Part shown: positions 18,216-26,322 of the stretch, piece after piece
Position numbering within the stretch: the first letter of the stretch is position 1
How the letters are laid out: the number at the start of each line of letters is the position of its first letter
From: an uncultured Thermotogaceae bacterium
GTDB taxonomy: Bacteria > Thermotogota > Thermotogae > MWEM01
Direction: 5' to 3'
Assembly (NCBI GenBank): GCA_964462525.1
Contig: CAYWWY010000001.1
Coordinates: 278,950-342,949, forward strand
DNA length: 64,000 nucleotides
Notes under the pieces: generated by a model
Told to the model about the DNA's origin: nothing
Databases searched by the model: none
The model's input: only the letters and a program-made list of their open reading frames with translations
Translations under genes and position numbers: made by a program

Positions 18216-18522
18216 TCATTGCTTTTTTCCCAGTATACATTTGTTCCGATTCCTTGTCGATTAGTTGTAGCAATCGTTCGTACTTTGAAAACACCTTTAG
18301 TTCCCATTCCTTTACTTCGTCATAGAGGCTTTTCTCTCGTTTCGTTTGAAAAGGGAGCGGGGCATTTCCCAATTTAGACAAAGCTTCTTCGCGTTCAACC
18401 ATCCATTTTTCTATCCGATCCATCGATTCAGAAATATGAACTTCCCGCGTGCTTGCTTTTTCAAGTTCGCGATCGATACGTATTGTTTGTTCAAGAATGA
18501 ATTCCAAAATTTTTTCTCTCAT
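18154..18522 (-). CDS. small all-helical hypothetical protein
   Basis: 122 aa, Glu/Lys/Arg-rich with predicted coiled-coil character and no recognisable motif. It lies between the NYN-RNase fusion and mtaD. Confidence 0.4.
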   Translation of the reverse strand: MREKILEFILEQTIRIDRELEKASTREVHISESMDRIEKWMVEREEALSKLGNAPLPFQTKREKSLYDEVKEWELKVFSKYERLLQLIDKESEQMYTGKKAMNGYLSKSEELRKLRDFSGRG

Positions 18523-18576
18523 ATTTCTTTTCCGCCATCAATATTATACCAGATTTTTCTAAAAATACTGCTTGGT

Positions 18577-19365
18577 TTAACGAAAACTGATTCGAATGAT
18601 ATTCCGGGTATAATATTCGCCAAATCGATCATCAGAAAAAACATATGGAGTTTGGTATTCTTTGGTTAATCGAAAAATCAATCGATCTGCATATTCTACA
18701 GTGCGACAACCCGAACCACTGGTAAATTCATCAAATGTAGGCTTTTCAGATCTGGGAAGATGCTTTCGGAATGAACGATCGAAGACCCAAACCAGAGGAA
18801 AAAAGAATTGTTCGGAATGCTCAGCAATGTAGGAAAAAACAGAAAAAAGAGGAGAAACGCTGGCTGAACCATGAAACCAACCCACATTACTGCCGTCGAT
18901 GATCAAAGGTGAGCGAATTCTTCTCCTTCGGAGTGCTTGAATGAACTGAAAGTTCGCTAGATACTTTTCCCTTCGGAAATGAATCCACGCAAAACGGTCC
19001 CCTTGAGGAAAGAGAAGAAGCTTTCTTGGTTCAATAGGCTCCCAGAATACTCTCATTCTTTTTTGATCAGCAAAGGGAGTGATATGAAAAGATGCAGGCG
19101 GCATTCGTTGCGTTTTCCGTAGCACTTCCCCGATGGGTAGGGAAAGATTTTGCTTGCTCGAAACGAAAAATCGTTCATTTTTCTGTTTTGATGAGCTTTT
19201 CACGGGAGTAAAAGGGTATTCATCCTTTACTTTTTGCGTTTTCTCCGCGATCTTCCTGGGTATTAGGAACTTTTCAGCATATCGTCTTTCAACTTCAACG
19301 ATCTGTCCCTTTCTCCCAACGACAGGATAATCCTGTACCAGTTGAATTAGCAGCTTCCTTGCCAT
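18577..19365 (-). CDS. fusion protein: ribosomal protein L9 N-terminal-domain-like module + Zc3h12a-type NYN (PIN-like) ribonuclease domain
   Basis: Start ATG 19365 (MARKLLIQL) lies behind GAGGAAGAG. The N-terminus KLLIQLVQDYPVVGRKGQIVEVERRYAEKFLIPRKIAEKT matches the L9 N-domain pattern ([35 protein letters not shown]). The C-terminus SPLIIDGSNVGWFHGS ... VWVFDRSFRK ... VEYADRLIFRLTKEYQTPYVFSDDRF parallels the MCPIP1/Zc3h12a catalytic blocks (VVIDGSNVAMSHG, VFVPSWRK, YDDRFIVKLA..VVSND). Confidence 0.55.
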   Translation of the reverse strand: MARKLLIQLVQDYPVVGRKGQIVEVERRYAEKFLIPRKIAEKTQKVKDEYPFTPVKSSSKQKNERFFVSSKQNLSLPIGEVLRKTQRMPPASFHITPFADQKRMRVFWEPIEPRKLLLFPQGDRFAWIHFRREKYLANFQFIQALRRRRIRSPLIIDGSNVGWFHGSASVSPLFSVFSYIAEHSEQFFFPLVWVFDRSFRKHLPRSEKPTFDEFTSGSGCRTVEYADRLIFRLTKEYQTPYVFSDDRFGEYYTRNIIRISFR

Positions 19366-19475
19366 CGCTCTTCCTCGCTTTATTGCGATTTCTATATATA
19401 TTATATCATGCTTATATGGTACAATACCGGTATAGGGAAACCGGAATCGATTCAATTCGGAAAAGGGGGTTGGTC

Positions 19476-20903
19476 ATGAAAAGAATCCTAACGATTGTGA
19501 TTTTGCTTTGTTTTTTGCAGATGCTTGGTTACGGTTATTCCTTCCATTTGGTTTGTCTGAATGTATCAGAACAAGCTATTCCTACTCTTTATCGACTAAA
19601 CACCTTATATCAACAACAATCATTTGCAGACCGCGCTTTCGTATTCTCAACAGGCGGCTTGTTTTCCCCTCAACCACTTCATCTCTACTCACATCTACAA
19701 TCAGAAGGGTATTCCAACCCTTTGGGACGGATTCTTCACCTTTCAGGCACTGTGTTTTACGCCCCTTCTCAAATTGATTGGAACCATGGATTTGAGCGTA
19801 TTCGAAAAGGGTTATCCATCGATCTTCCCATTGTAGCCACGGATGCTGCTGTGGGATCGTCTCTTTCTCATTGGGTTCATTCTGCAGCTGGAAAGAACTT
19901 ATTATTGATAAATATACTCTCTCAACAAGCATTCGACTGGTATGATATTCTCCGTATTGAAGTGGATCTCAGCAGGATCGATTTAATCCTGATGATAATG
20001 GATGAACCTTCTTTGAGAATGGTTCCGGAAAACCTAAGAAGCAAAACAGTCGCCATCTCAAGGAAAACTGCGATGTACCACATTGATTTGGAATATGGGC
20101 TTTTGGTTACCGAAGTCCCTTTTAACCAGTCACAAACATCCATAGCAGAAGTCGAGCAAACTGTACAACAAATCAATCTTTGGAGAAGAGAAGAGCTTAC
20201 TCTTGATCCCTCCCAGCATTCTTTCGTCAAGCAAATCTCTTTTTACGCGCAGCTCTCTAGGATGCTCAATCAAATCACAAGTGTGGATGGCATTTTATTC
20301 CACCATGAACCCTTACCTAAACTGATTACACCTGATGACGCAATTAGTTTTTTCGGGAATTACGTCATCGGTACCGTACAGATTCCCGGAAAAGAAGTGC
20401 GGTTTCTTTTAGAGCAAAGCGCGTCTATGTTTGAGTACAATGGGGTGGAGGTATCTTTTACCGATCGAAGGAATTATTACTCCTTCTTTGGTGAACCCTA
20501 TTATATTGATCTGACAAGATCTAGAGGAAACCGATTGATTATGAAATCCTTCACACAACCTTTGATGATCATTGTTTTTGGTGAAAGAAGCAGATTGATT
20601 GCTGATTTTCCTGGCATTCAGATTCAATCCATGAGCGCTTTATCTTTTGCGTTTTGGGCCATGCATTCATACAATCCCTTTATCGATTCCAGTTGGAAAG
20701 TTACAATCCTCCCTTATTACCGGAATTATATCATCCAACCGGGAGATACCTTGAATTCAATCTCGAGCAGGCTTGGGATTAGCAAAGAAGCAATTATGAG
20801 ACTGAACCCGGATCTTATCGAGCGTTATCTTCTGCCAGGAACGGTTATTACGGTTCATGTACCCTACAAAGTAGAATCAGAAAAGGAGAGTGAGGGCTTC
20901 TGA
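19476..20903 (+). CDS. secreted LysM-domain protein with degenerate 5'-nucleotidase/metallophosphoesterase-like N-terminal region
   Basis: Start ATG 19476 (MKRILTIVILLCFLQML, signal peptide) lies behind AAGGGGG. C-terminal LysM domain YIIQPGDTLNSISSRLGISKEAIMRLNPDL...LPGTVITV. The N-terminal part is colinear with UshA-type enzymes but lacks the metal-ligand residues. Confidence 0.65.
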   Translation: MKRILTIVILLCFLQMLGYGYSFHLVCLNVSEQAIPTLYRLNTLYQQQSFADRAFVFSTGGLFSPQPLHLYSHLQSEGYSNPLGRILHLSGTVFYAPSQIDWNHGFERIRKGLSIDLPIVATDAAVGSSLSHWVHSAAGKNLLLINILSQQAFDWYDILRIEVDLSRIDLILMIMDEPSLRMVPENLRSKTVAISRKTAMYHIDLEYGLLVTEVPFNQSQTSIAEVEQTVQQINLWRREELTLDPSQHSFVKQISFYAQLSRMLNQITSVDGILFHHEPLPKLITPDDAISFFGNYVIGTVQIPGKEVRFLLEQSASMFEYNGVEVSFTDRRNYYSFFGEPYYIDLTRSRGNRLIMKSFTQPLMIIVFGERSRLIADFPGIQIQSMSALSFAFWAMHSYNPFIDSSWKVTILPYYRNYIIQPGDTLNSISSRLGISKEAIMRLNPDLIERYLLPGTVITVHVPYKVESEKESEGF

Positions 20904-20905
20904 GC

Positions 20906-22438
20906 ATTGTTTATCTCCTAATTATCCTAACCATCGTTGTGCTTATCCATGAAATTGGCCACTTTCTTTTTGCTAAGTTGTTTCATGTGAAAATCCTAGA
21001 ATTCGGGATTGGAATGGGTCCGCGCTTATTTTCAAGGAAATCTAAAAGTGGAATTGAATTTCGGATCAACTTGTTTCCGATTGGCGGGTTTGTAAAGATG
21101 GCAGGAGAAGAGCCAAATGACACGAACCGATCCGACCCCAAGGAATCCGCGATGCTTTTTTCCAATAAGCCCGCATGGCAGCGGTTTTTTGTCGCTTTTT
21201 CAGGCCCTATGTTCTCGATTTTGGGCGGGTACCTTTTATTGGCTCTCAGCACTATGGTTTGGGGATTACCGGCCATTAGCATTGACCGAGTCGATATCCA
21301 TAGCCCCGCATATGTTTCGGGGTTGCGGTCCGGTGATCAAATCACTCACATAAACGGACGACGGGTTCTAGAGCAAGCTGATTTTTCCAATGCGGTCCAA
21401 TCTTTCGATCACTTTTCGATTACTGTTCATCGAGAAGGAACCGGTTCGATCGACATGACAATCAATCCTGCCGCTTTTCCTAAACAGGTTTCGCTGATCC
21501 TTGAAACTTCGAAACCCTTTATGGAACGATCAGGAGACAGAGTACAGAGGATTTCCGGTATACCAATCAACGAATGGTTATTATCTGACCCAAACCAATG
21601 GGTTGACAGGGATATTATTCTCGAAATGGAAGATGGACAATTCATTGAAGCCCGTTTGCGTGGCCTCCAACATGTAGAACCCAGAAAAGCCGTTGGGATT
21701 GTTTATGCTTCCATATCAAACCGTTTTCGTGCAGCTGCCCTTCCTTTTGAAGCAGATGATATTCTTGTTTCTGTGAATGGGATACCTATTGAAACTGGAG
21801 TGCATACAAGCTACGCTTTTCTCCTTTTGACTAATGCCCGTTCTAATGAGGCTTATCTATCCTATATCGAAATCCGGGGTGATACACTCATTGACTCCTT
21901 GACGATCCCGAGCAAACAGGAAGCCACATTTGGCGTGCTCCGAGAAGGGCAGTTCGTTACGATTCAAATACCCCTTGATCAAATGGAACCCGTTTTTCAG
22001 ACCGCGATTTTTTACCCAGCGATGGATAATTGGTTTCCTGATCATGTCGTTCAAGCTTTGGGGTTGGGGTTTCAGAGAGCAAATCATCTCCTCTATATGA
22101 TGGGGTCCGTACTCAGAGACCTATTTCAAGGACGAACGGGGGCTGGCGAATTTATCGGAGTTATTGGGTTGACGGGAATTGTAGGCCAAGCAGCTCGCGC
22201 TGGTATGGAAACTATGATCTTTCTGGTCGCCTTTATCACCTTGAACCTGGGTTTAATCAATCTTCTACCTTTACCTGCGCTTGATGGCGGGAGGATCGTA
22301 TTTGCCGTTATTGAAATGGTATTTCGAAGGAAAGTGAACCCCACAATTGAAGGATATATCCATGCGGTTGGCTTTTTCCTTCTTATGGGGTTGATCGTAT
22401 TTATTACGTACAACGATATTATGAGATTTATTCGGTAA
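20906..22438 (+). CDS. rseP: RIP metalloprotease RseP (M50 site-2 protease with PDZ domain)
   Basis: HEIGHF zinc motif, PDZ block SPAYVSGLRSGDQITHINGRRV and C-terminal NLLPLPALDGGRI. The first canonical start (GTG 20939) lies only 3 codons before HExxH and would delete TM1. The frame is open from 20894 and encodes a typical TM1 (SIVYLLIILTIVVLIHEIGHF). I suggest ATT 20906, about 9 nt after GAGGG. Confidence 0.8.
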   Translation: MVYLLIILTIVVLIHEIGHFLFAKLFHVKILEFGIGMGPRLFSRKSKSGIEFRINLFPIGGFVKMAGEEPNDTNRSDPKESAMLFSNKPAWQRFFVAFSGPMFSILGGYLLLALSTMVWGLPAISIDRVDIHSPAYVSGLRSGDQITHINGRRVLEQADFSNAVQSFDHFSITVHREGTGSIDMTINPAAFPKQVSLILETSKPFMERSGDRVQRISGIPINEWLLSDPNQWVDRDIILEMEDGQFIEARLRGLQHVEPRKAVGIVYASISNRFRAAALPFEADDILVSVNGIPIETGVHTSYAFLLLTNARSNEAYLSYIEIRGDTLIDSLTIPSKQEATFGVLREGQFVTIQIPLDQMEPVFQTAIFYPAMDNWFPDHVVQALGLGFQRANHLLYMMGSVLRDLFQGRTGAGEFIGVIGLTGIVGQAARAGMETMIFLVAFITLNLGLINLLPLPALDGGRIVFAVIEMVFRRKVNPTIEGYIHAVGFFLLMGLIVFITYNDIMRFIR

Positions 22439-22471
22439 CAGCAGACAGTGTACAGAGGGGGGAGCAAAAGA

Positions 22472-23143
22472 ATGAGCCTGTGTTTGAAAAGAACCATCCG
22501 GTTCGCGATCTTGGTATCGGTCCTGCTTAGTTCTGTCTTAGGCATAGCACAAGATGAAGAAACCATCCATCTAAAAACCCGACGATTTAAGTTCTTTGAC
22601 GACAGAATCGAATTCTACGAATATACAGAAGTGATCAAAGGATCTTTCAAGCTAATTTCTGATGAGTTTGTGATCCGGCGGGAACAGGAAGAAGCAAGGT
22701 TTGTTGATGCCCGAAAAGGAGTATATATCGAGTTTGACAACGGGTCTGCATCCTCGGTTATTCTAGACTATGACCTTCAGTTGGAAAGGGGCGTTCTTAA
22801 AGAAGAGGTTGAAGCGTTTATTCGCACTTCGGGAAGTGATGAATCCGTTCGTATTCTTTGCGATGAAATGGAGATCGATACCCCCGGCCAAATCTATGAA
22901 GGGAGTGTTACCCGAGAATCTGAGAAGGTCCGGATTTACAAAGGAGACCTTTATGCAGAGTGTGTTTCCTTTCTCTATGACGGGAAAACAGAAATTATTA
23001 CCATGGTTGGGAAAGTATACATAGAAGATCCGAAGAACAGCAGAAGGTTATGGGCAGAGCGAGCCACCCTATCCCTTCAGGATGATTCCTTGGAAGCGGA
23101 GAATGCTACTATGGAGCTGCTTACAACCAGAGGGAGAGAATAA
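22472..23143 (+). CDS. secreted beta-rich protein, possible OstA/LptA-like fold
   Basis: Start ATG 22472 lies behind AGAGGGGGG, with signal peptide MSLCLKRTIRFAILVSVLLSSVLGIAQD. Alternating beta-strand pattern with repeated 'L.AD.. .Y D' type segments (ILCDEMEID, LYAECVSFLYDGKTEIITMVGKVYIED, LWAERATLSL). Weak by-eye call. Confidence 0.35.
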   Translation: MSLCLKRTIRFAILVSVLLSSVLGIAQDEETIHLKTRRFKFFDDRIEFYEYTEVIKGSFKLISDEFVIRREQEEARFVDARKGVYIEFDNGSASSVILDYDLQLERGVLKEEVEAFIRTSGSDESVRILCDEMEIDTPGQIYEGSVTRESEKVRIYKGDLYAECVSFLYDGKTEIITMVGKVYIEDPKNSRRLWAERATLSLQDDSLEAENATMELLTTRGRE

Positions 23144-23146
23144 TTT

Positions 23147-24424
23147 ATGTTGGATATTCGATGGATCCGGCAGAATCCAGAAATGCTGCGATCAGCCCTT
23201 AGAAAAAGAAATGAGGATGAGTGTATTGTGGACTCGATCCTTGAAATGGATGAGCAGCGTCGGATTCACATCGGACAGCTTGACTCCTTGAAAAGAGAGC
23301 GGAACGCTGTATCTAAGATTGTAGCCAAACACAAGTCCGAAAAAAACTCTTCTGAAGCAGAATCATCCATTGCAGAAGGGAAGAAACTAGGAGAAATGAT
23401 TCGATCATTGGAAGAAAAGATGAAAACACTTGATGAAGAGCAGAACCGTATGCTTTCATTTATTCCGAACATCCCTTCAGAAAAAGTACCCATAGGGGTT
23501 GATGAGTCAAGCAATCACCTCATCCGAACAAATGGCACTCCACGGGAGTTTCCTTTCGAGCCGAAACCCCATTGGGAATTAGGGACCGAGCTTCAACTGC
23601 TTGACTTAGAACGGGCAGGAAAGCTCAGTGGTTCGAGGTTTTCGATCCTCCGGGGAACCTTAGCCAGATTAGAACGAGCCCTCATTCAGTTTATGCTCGA
23701 TACGCACTCTCAACAGTATGGATATCTGGAAGTATCCATCCCTCACTTGGTGAAACGGGAGACGATGTTTTCAAGCGGGCAGCTTCCCAAATTTGAAGAT
23801 GAAGCATACAAAACAACACCCGATGACCTTTTCCTAATACCCACAGCTGAAGTTTTTTTGGCAAGTATGCACAAAGACGAAATATTTAATGAAAGTCAAT
23901 TACCCATCCGATATGTCGCATATACTCCCTGTTACCGGAGAGAAGCCGGCAGCTATGGAAAAGACGTTCGCGGATTGATTCGAGTACACCAATTCCATAA
24001 AGTCGAATTGCTTCAAATCACAGACAGTCAGAGCTCATACGACCGATTGGAGGACATAACAGGTCATGCGGAATCGATTCTCCAACTATTGGGTCTTCCA
24101 TATCGAGTAGTTTCACTCTCTACCGGGGATTTGGGATTTGGAGCTTCATTTACCTATGACTTGGAAGTATGGTTGCCCTCATACCGAACCTACAGGGAGA
24201 TATCCTCATGCAGCAATGACTTAGATTTTCAGTCCCGGAGAGCCAATATTCGATACAGAAATCGTCAGAACAAGCTTGAATTTGTACATGTGTTGAATGG
24301 TTCTGGCATAGCCGTTGGACGAGCACTGGTGGCGATTATGGAAAACTACCAAAACGCGGACGGAAGCATCGCAATTCCAGATGTGCTTCAAAAGTACATG
24401 GGGGGAGAAAAATCGATCCTTTGA
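23147..24424 (+). CDS. serS: serine--tRNA ligase
   Basis: N-terminal coiled-coil arm, class II motif 2 YRREAGSYGKDVRGLIRVHQFHKVE and motif 3 GSGIAVGRALVAIMEN. Confidence 0.95.
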   Translation: MLDIRWIRQNPEMLRSALRKRNEDECIVDSILEMDEQRRIHIGQLDSLKRERNAVSKIVAKHKSEKNSSEAESSIAEGKKLGEMIRSLEEKMKTLDEEQNRMLSFIPNIPSEKVPIGVDESSNHLIRTNGTPREFPFEPKPHWELGTELQLLDLERAGKLSGSRFSILRGTLARLERALIQFMLDTHSQQYGYLEVSIPHLVKRETMFSSGQLPKFEDEAYKTTPDDLFLIPTAEVFLASMHKDEIFNESQLPIRYVAYTPCYRREAGSYGKDVRGLIRVHQFHKVELLQITDSQSSYDRLEDITGHAESILQLLGLPYRVVSLSTGDLGFGASFTYDLEVWLPSYRTYREISSCSNDLDFQSRRANIRYRNRQNKLEFVHVLNGSGIAVGRALVAIMENYQNADGSIAIPDVLQKYMGGEKSIL

Positions 24425-24500
24425 ACTTTTTCACTCTTGTGGAAGTCAAAACAGTAGAAAGAAGAAACCCCTCAAATAGAGAAATGAACCCCCCACATTA

Positions 24501-24527
24501 AAGCGGATCAAATCCGCTTTATTTTTT
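24501..24527 (+). terminator. rho-independent terminator after serS
   Basis: AAGCGGAT-CAA-ATCCGCTT followed by TATTTTTT. Confidence 0.8.
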
Positions 24528-24577
24528 GGGTAGCTTCCATAAAGAGAGATCCCATTTTATCGTGCGAGGTGGATTAT

Positions 24578-25567
24578 ATGGAATATGGCATAAGTTATTT
24601 TGGAAATCGAATTCTGAAGTATGTCGAAAAAGACATGATTGACCTGAAACAGACAGGGTTTCAAACAGTTGTGCATACTTTCAGCGAAGCGGATTTTGAC
24701 TTTTCCGAAAAATACATGGCCAAAATCGTTCAAGCCACGAAAAGAGCGGGGCTTACCGTTTGGATTGACCCTTGGGGTGTTGGAGGTGTTTTTGGCGGAG
24801 AAGCGTTTTCTGGATTTCTCCAGAAGCATCCGGAGGCATGGCAAATATCCAACCACGGGAAGATGATGGGTTCCGCTTGCTTAAACATGAACTCATTTCG
24901 TGCCTTTATCCGTTCATGGATCGATGCATGCGTAAATTGCGGAGCAGACACGATTTTCTGGGATGAACCGCATCTGTTTCTTTTCCAACCGCGCGAACGG
25001 TTTCCCGATGAGTGGACATGTAGATGTTCTGTATGCCAAAGCCTATTCAAAGACAAGTATGGGTACGTCATGCCCAATGAGTTAATCAGTGATATTGTCC
25101 AATTCCGAAACGACTCGATTCTTTCTTTCTTTACTGAAATGACATCTTATGCGAAATCAAAATCCATTGAGAATGCTCTTTGTTTTCTGCCGTTTGAATC
25201 AGATTATATTGGAATAACTGATTATGAAGGGATCGCGAAACTCAATTCTATCTCGAATCTTGGATCGGATCCCTATTGGATGGCTTTTCAAAAACCCATG
25301 CAGCCTTTTTTGAGTGAAGTCACTCAAAGGGTTTTGTCTCTTTCCGACCAATACCAAAAAAAGAACCATATATGGATGCAAGCCTTTTCCGTTCCCAGCG
25401 GAAGAGAGAGCGAATTGGTGGATGGGGCTCAAATAATTCAAGAACTAGGCGCTCAGTCGATTTTATTCTGGGGTGTCGGCGCATGCGCTCATATTTCTCG
25501 TATCGCGCCAGATGACCCAGAAAAAGTATGGAATACCGTTCAACACATCGTCAGAACAACCCAGTAA
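24578..25567 (+). CDS. hypothetical protein, possibly TIM-barrel glycoside-hydrolase-like
   Basis: About 329 aa starting at ATG 24578 behind GAGGTGG. Alternating beta/alpha pattern with WIDPWG and FWDEPH blocks. No secure family assignment. Confidence 0.35.
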   Translation: MEYGISYFGNRILKYVEKDMIDLKQTGFQTVVHTFSEADFDFSEKYMAKIVQATKRAGLTVWIDPWGVGGVFGGEAFSGFLQKHPEAWQISNHGKMMGSACLNMNSFRAFIRSWIDACVNCGADTIFWDEPHLFLFQPRERFPDEWTCRCSVCQSLFKDKYGYVMPNELISDIVQFRNDSILSFFTEMTSYAKSKSIENALCFLPFESDYIGITDYEGIAKLNSISNLGSDPYWMAFQKPMQPFLSEVTQRVLSLSDQYQKKNHIWMQAFSVPSGRESELVDGAQIIQELGAQSILFWGVGACAHISRIAPDDPEKVWNTVQHIVRTTQ

Positions 25568-25631
25568 CATCGTTCGTCTATTCTATGTTATAATCGAAAA
25601 TGAGTCATCTTCGGTGAGAGGGGGAGTGCAA

Positions 25632-26186
25632 ATGGTAGGATGGATTATTCTGATTATTGTCGTTCTTCTTGCGTTATGGGTAATGGCTGCATACAATAGC
25701 CTTGTCACACAAAAGAAACGGGTTGAGAATTCTTGGAGTCAAATTGACGTTCAGCTGAAACGCCGTTCCGATCTAATCCCCAACCTCGTTAACGCTGTAA
25801 AAGGCTACATGAAGTTCGAGCAGGATACACTAGAAAAGGTGATGGCAGCTCGGGCGAAAGCCTTAGGCGCAAAAGACCAACATGAACGGATGGAAGCAGA
25901 AGGAGAGGTAAGTGGGTTTCTTGGACGGCTTTTGGCGGTTGTTGAAAACTACCCCGACTTGAAAGCAAACCAGAATGTAATGAAACTCCAAGAAGAGCTG
26001 ACGAATACCGAAAACAAGATCTCTTATTCCCGCCAATTTTACAATGACATGACAATGAAATACAATACAGCCATTGAAGTGTTCCCTTCGAACATTATCG
26101 CTAACTTGTTCAAGTTCAAAGCGTTTGAGTTCTTTACCATTCCCGAAGAAGCAAAAGAAACACCAAAAGTTGACCTGAACTTTTAA
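25632..26186 (+). CDS. lemA: LemA family membrane protein
   Basis: Start ATG 25632 (MVGWIILIIVVLLALWVMAAYN), then NSLVTQKKRVENSWSQIDVQLKRRSDLIPNLV and the canonical LemA body. The ORF-track start at 25473 overlaps the preceding gene. Confidence 0.9.
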   Translation: MVGWIILIIVVLLALWVMAAYNSLVTQKKRVENSWSQIDVQLKRRSDLIPNLVNAVKGYMKFEQDTLEKVMAARAKALGAKDQHERMEAEGEVSGFLGRLLAVVENYPDLKANQNVMKLQEELTNTENKISYSRQFYNDMTMKYNTAIEVFPSNIIANLFKFKAFEFFTIPEEAKETPKVDLNF

Positions 26187-26220
26187 CATTAATATTTCCC
26201 TTGAATCTCACGTATATCAA

Positions 26221-26246
26221 AAAGGGTGCCGCAATCGGCACCCTTT
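26221..26246. terminator. hairpin between convergent lemA and hydrogenase-MCP genes (probable bidirectional terminator)
   Basis: AAAGGGTGCCG-CAAT-CGGCACCCTTT, an 11-bp stem. The minus-strand reading is followed by TTTTTGATAT. The plus-strand T tract is weak. Confidence 0.6.
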
Positions 26247-26322
26247 ATCAATTATTCACATCTGGATTTCGTGAGCCGATGGTTCGAAGCCTGTTTTTTC
26301 TTTTTTTTTTGCTTTTTTCCCT

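Noticed and set aside
19359-19475. N-terminal extensions proposed by the ORF track. Examples: 19359 for the LysM gene, 19455 for the NYN gene, 25473 for lemA, 16283 for HD-GYP, 7035 for GH57, 45978 for smc, 34554 for the PEGA gene, 40680 for the thioredoxin-like gene and 53296/54281/55263/60516 in the ABC-rsmH-rsmE run.
   Set aside because: In each case a downstream start has a good SD, gives the family-typical N-terminus or signal peptide, and removes an implausible overlap with the neighbouring gene or promoter.
23144-23146. T-box or other leader upstream of serS.
   Set aside because: serS starts 3 nt after the preceding stop, so there is no room for a leader. serS must be co-transcribed with the upstream genes.
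26250-26322. Long pyrimidine/T-rich tract (…CTGTTTTTTCTTTTTTTTTGCTTTTTTCCC…) downstream of the hydrogenase-MCP gene, considered as a repeat or regulatory element.
   Set aside because: It is simple low-complexity 3' UTR between the stop codon and the shared hairpin at 26221-26246. It has no repeat unit or symmetry.
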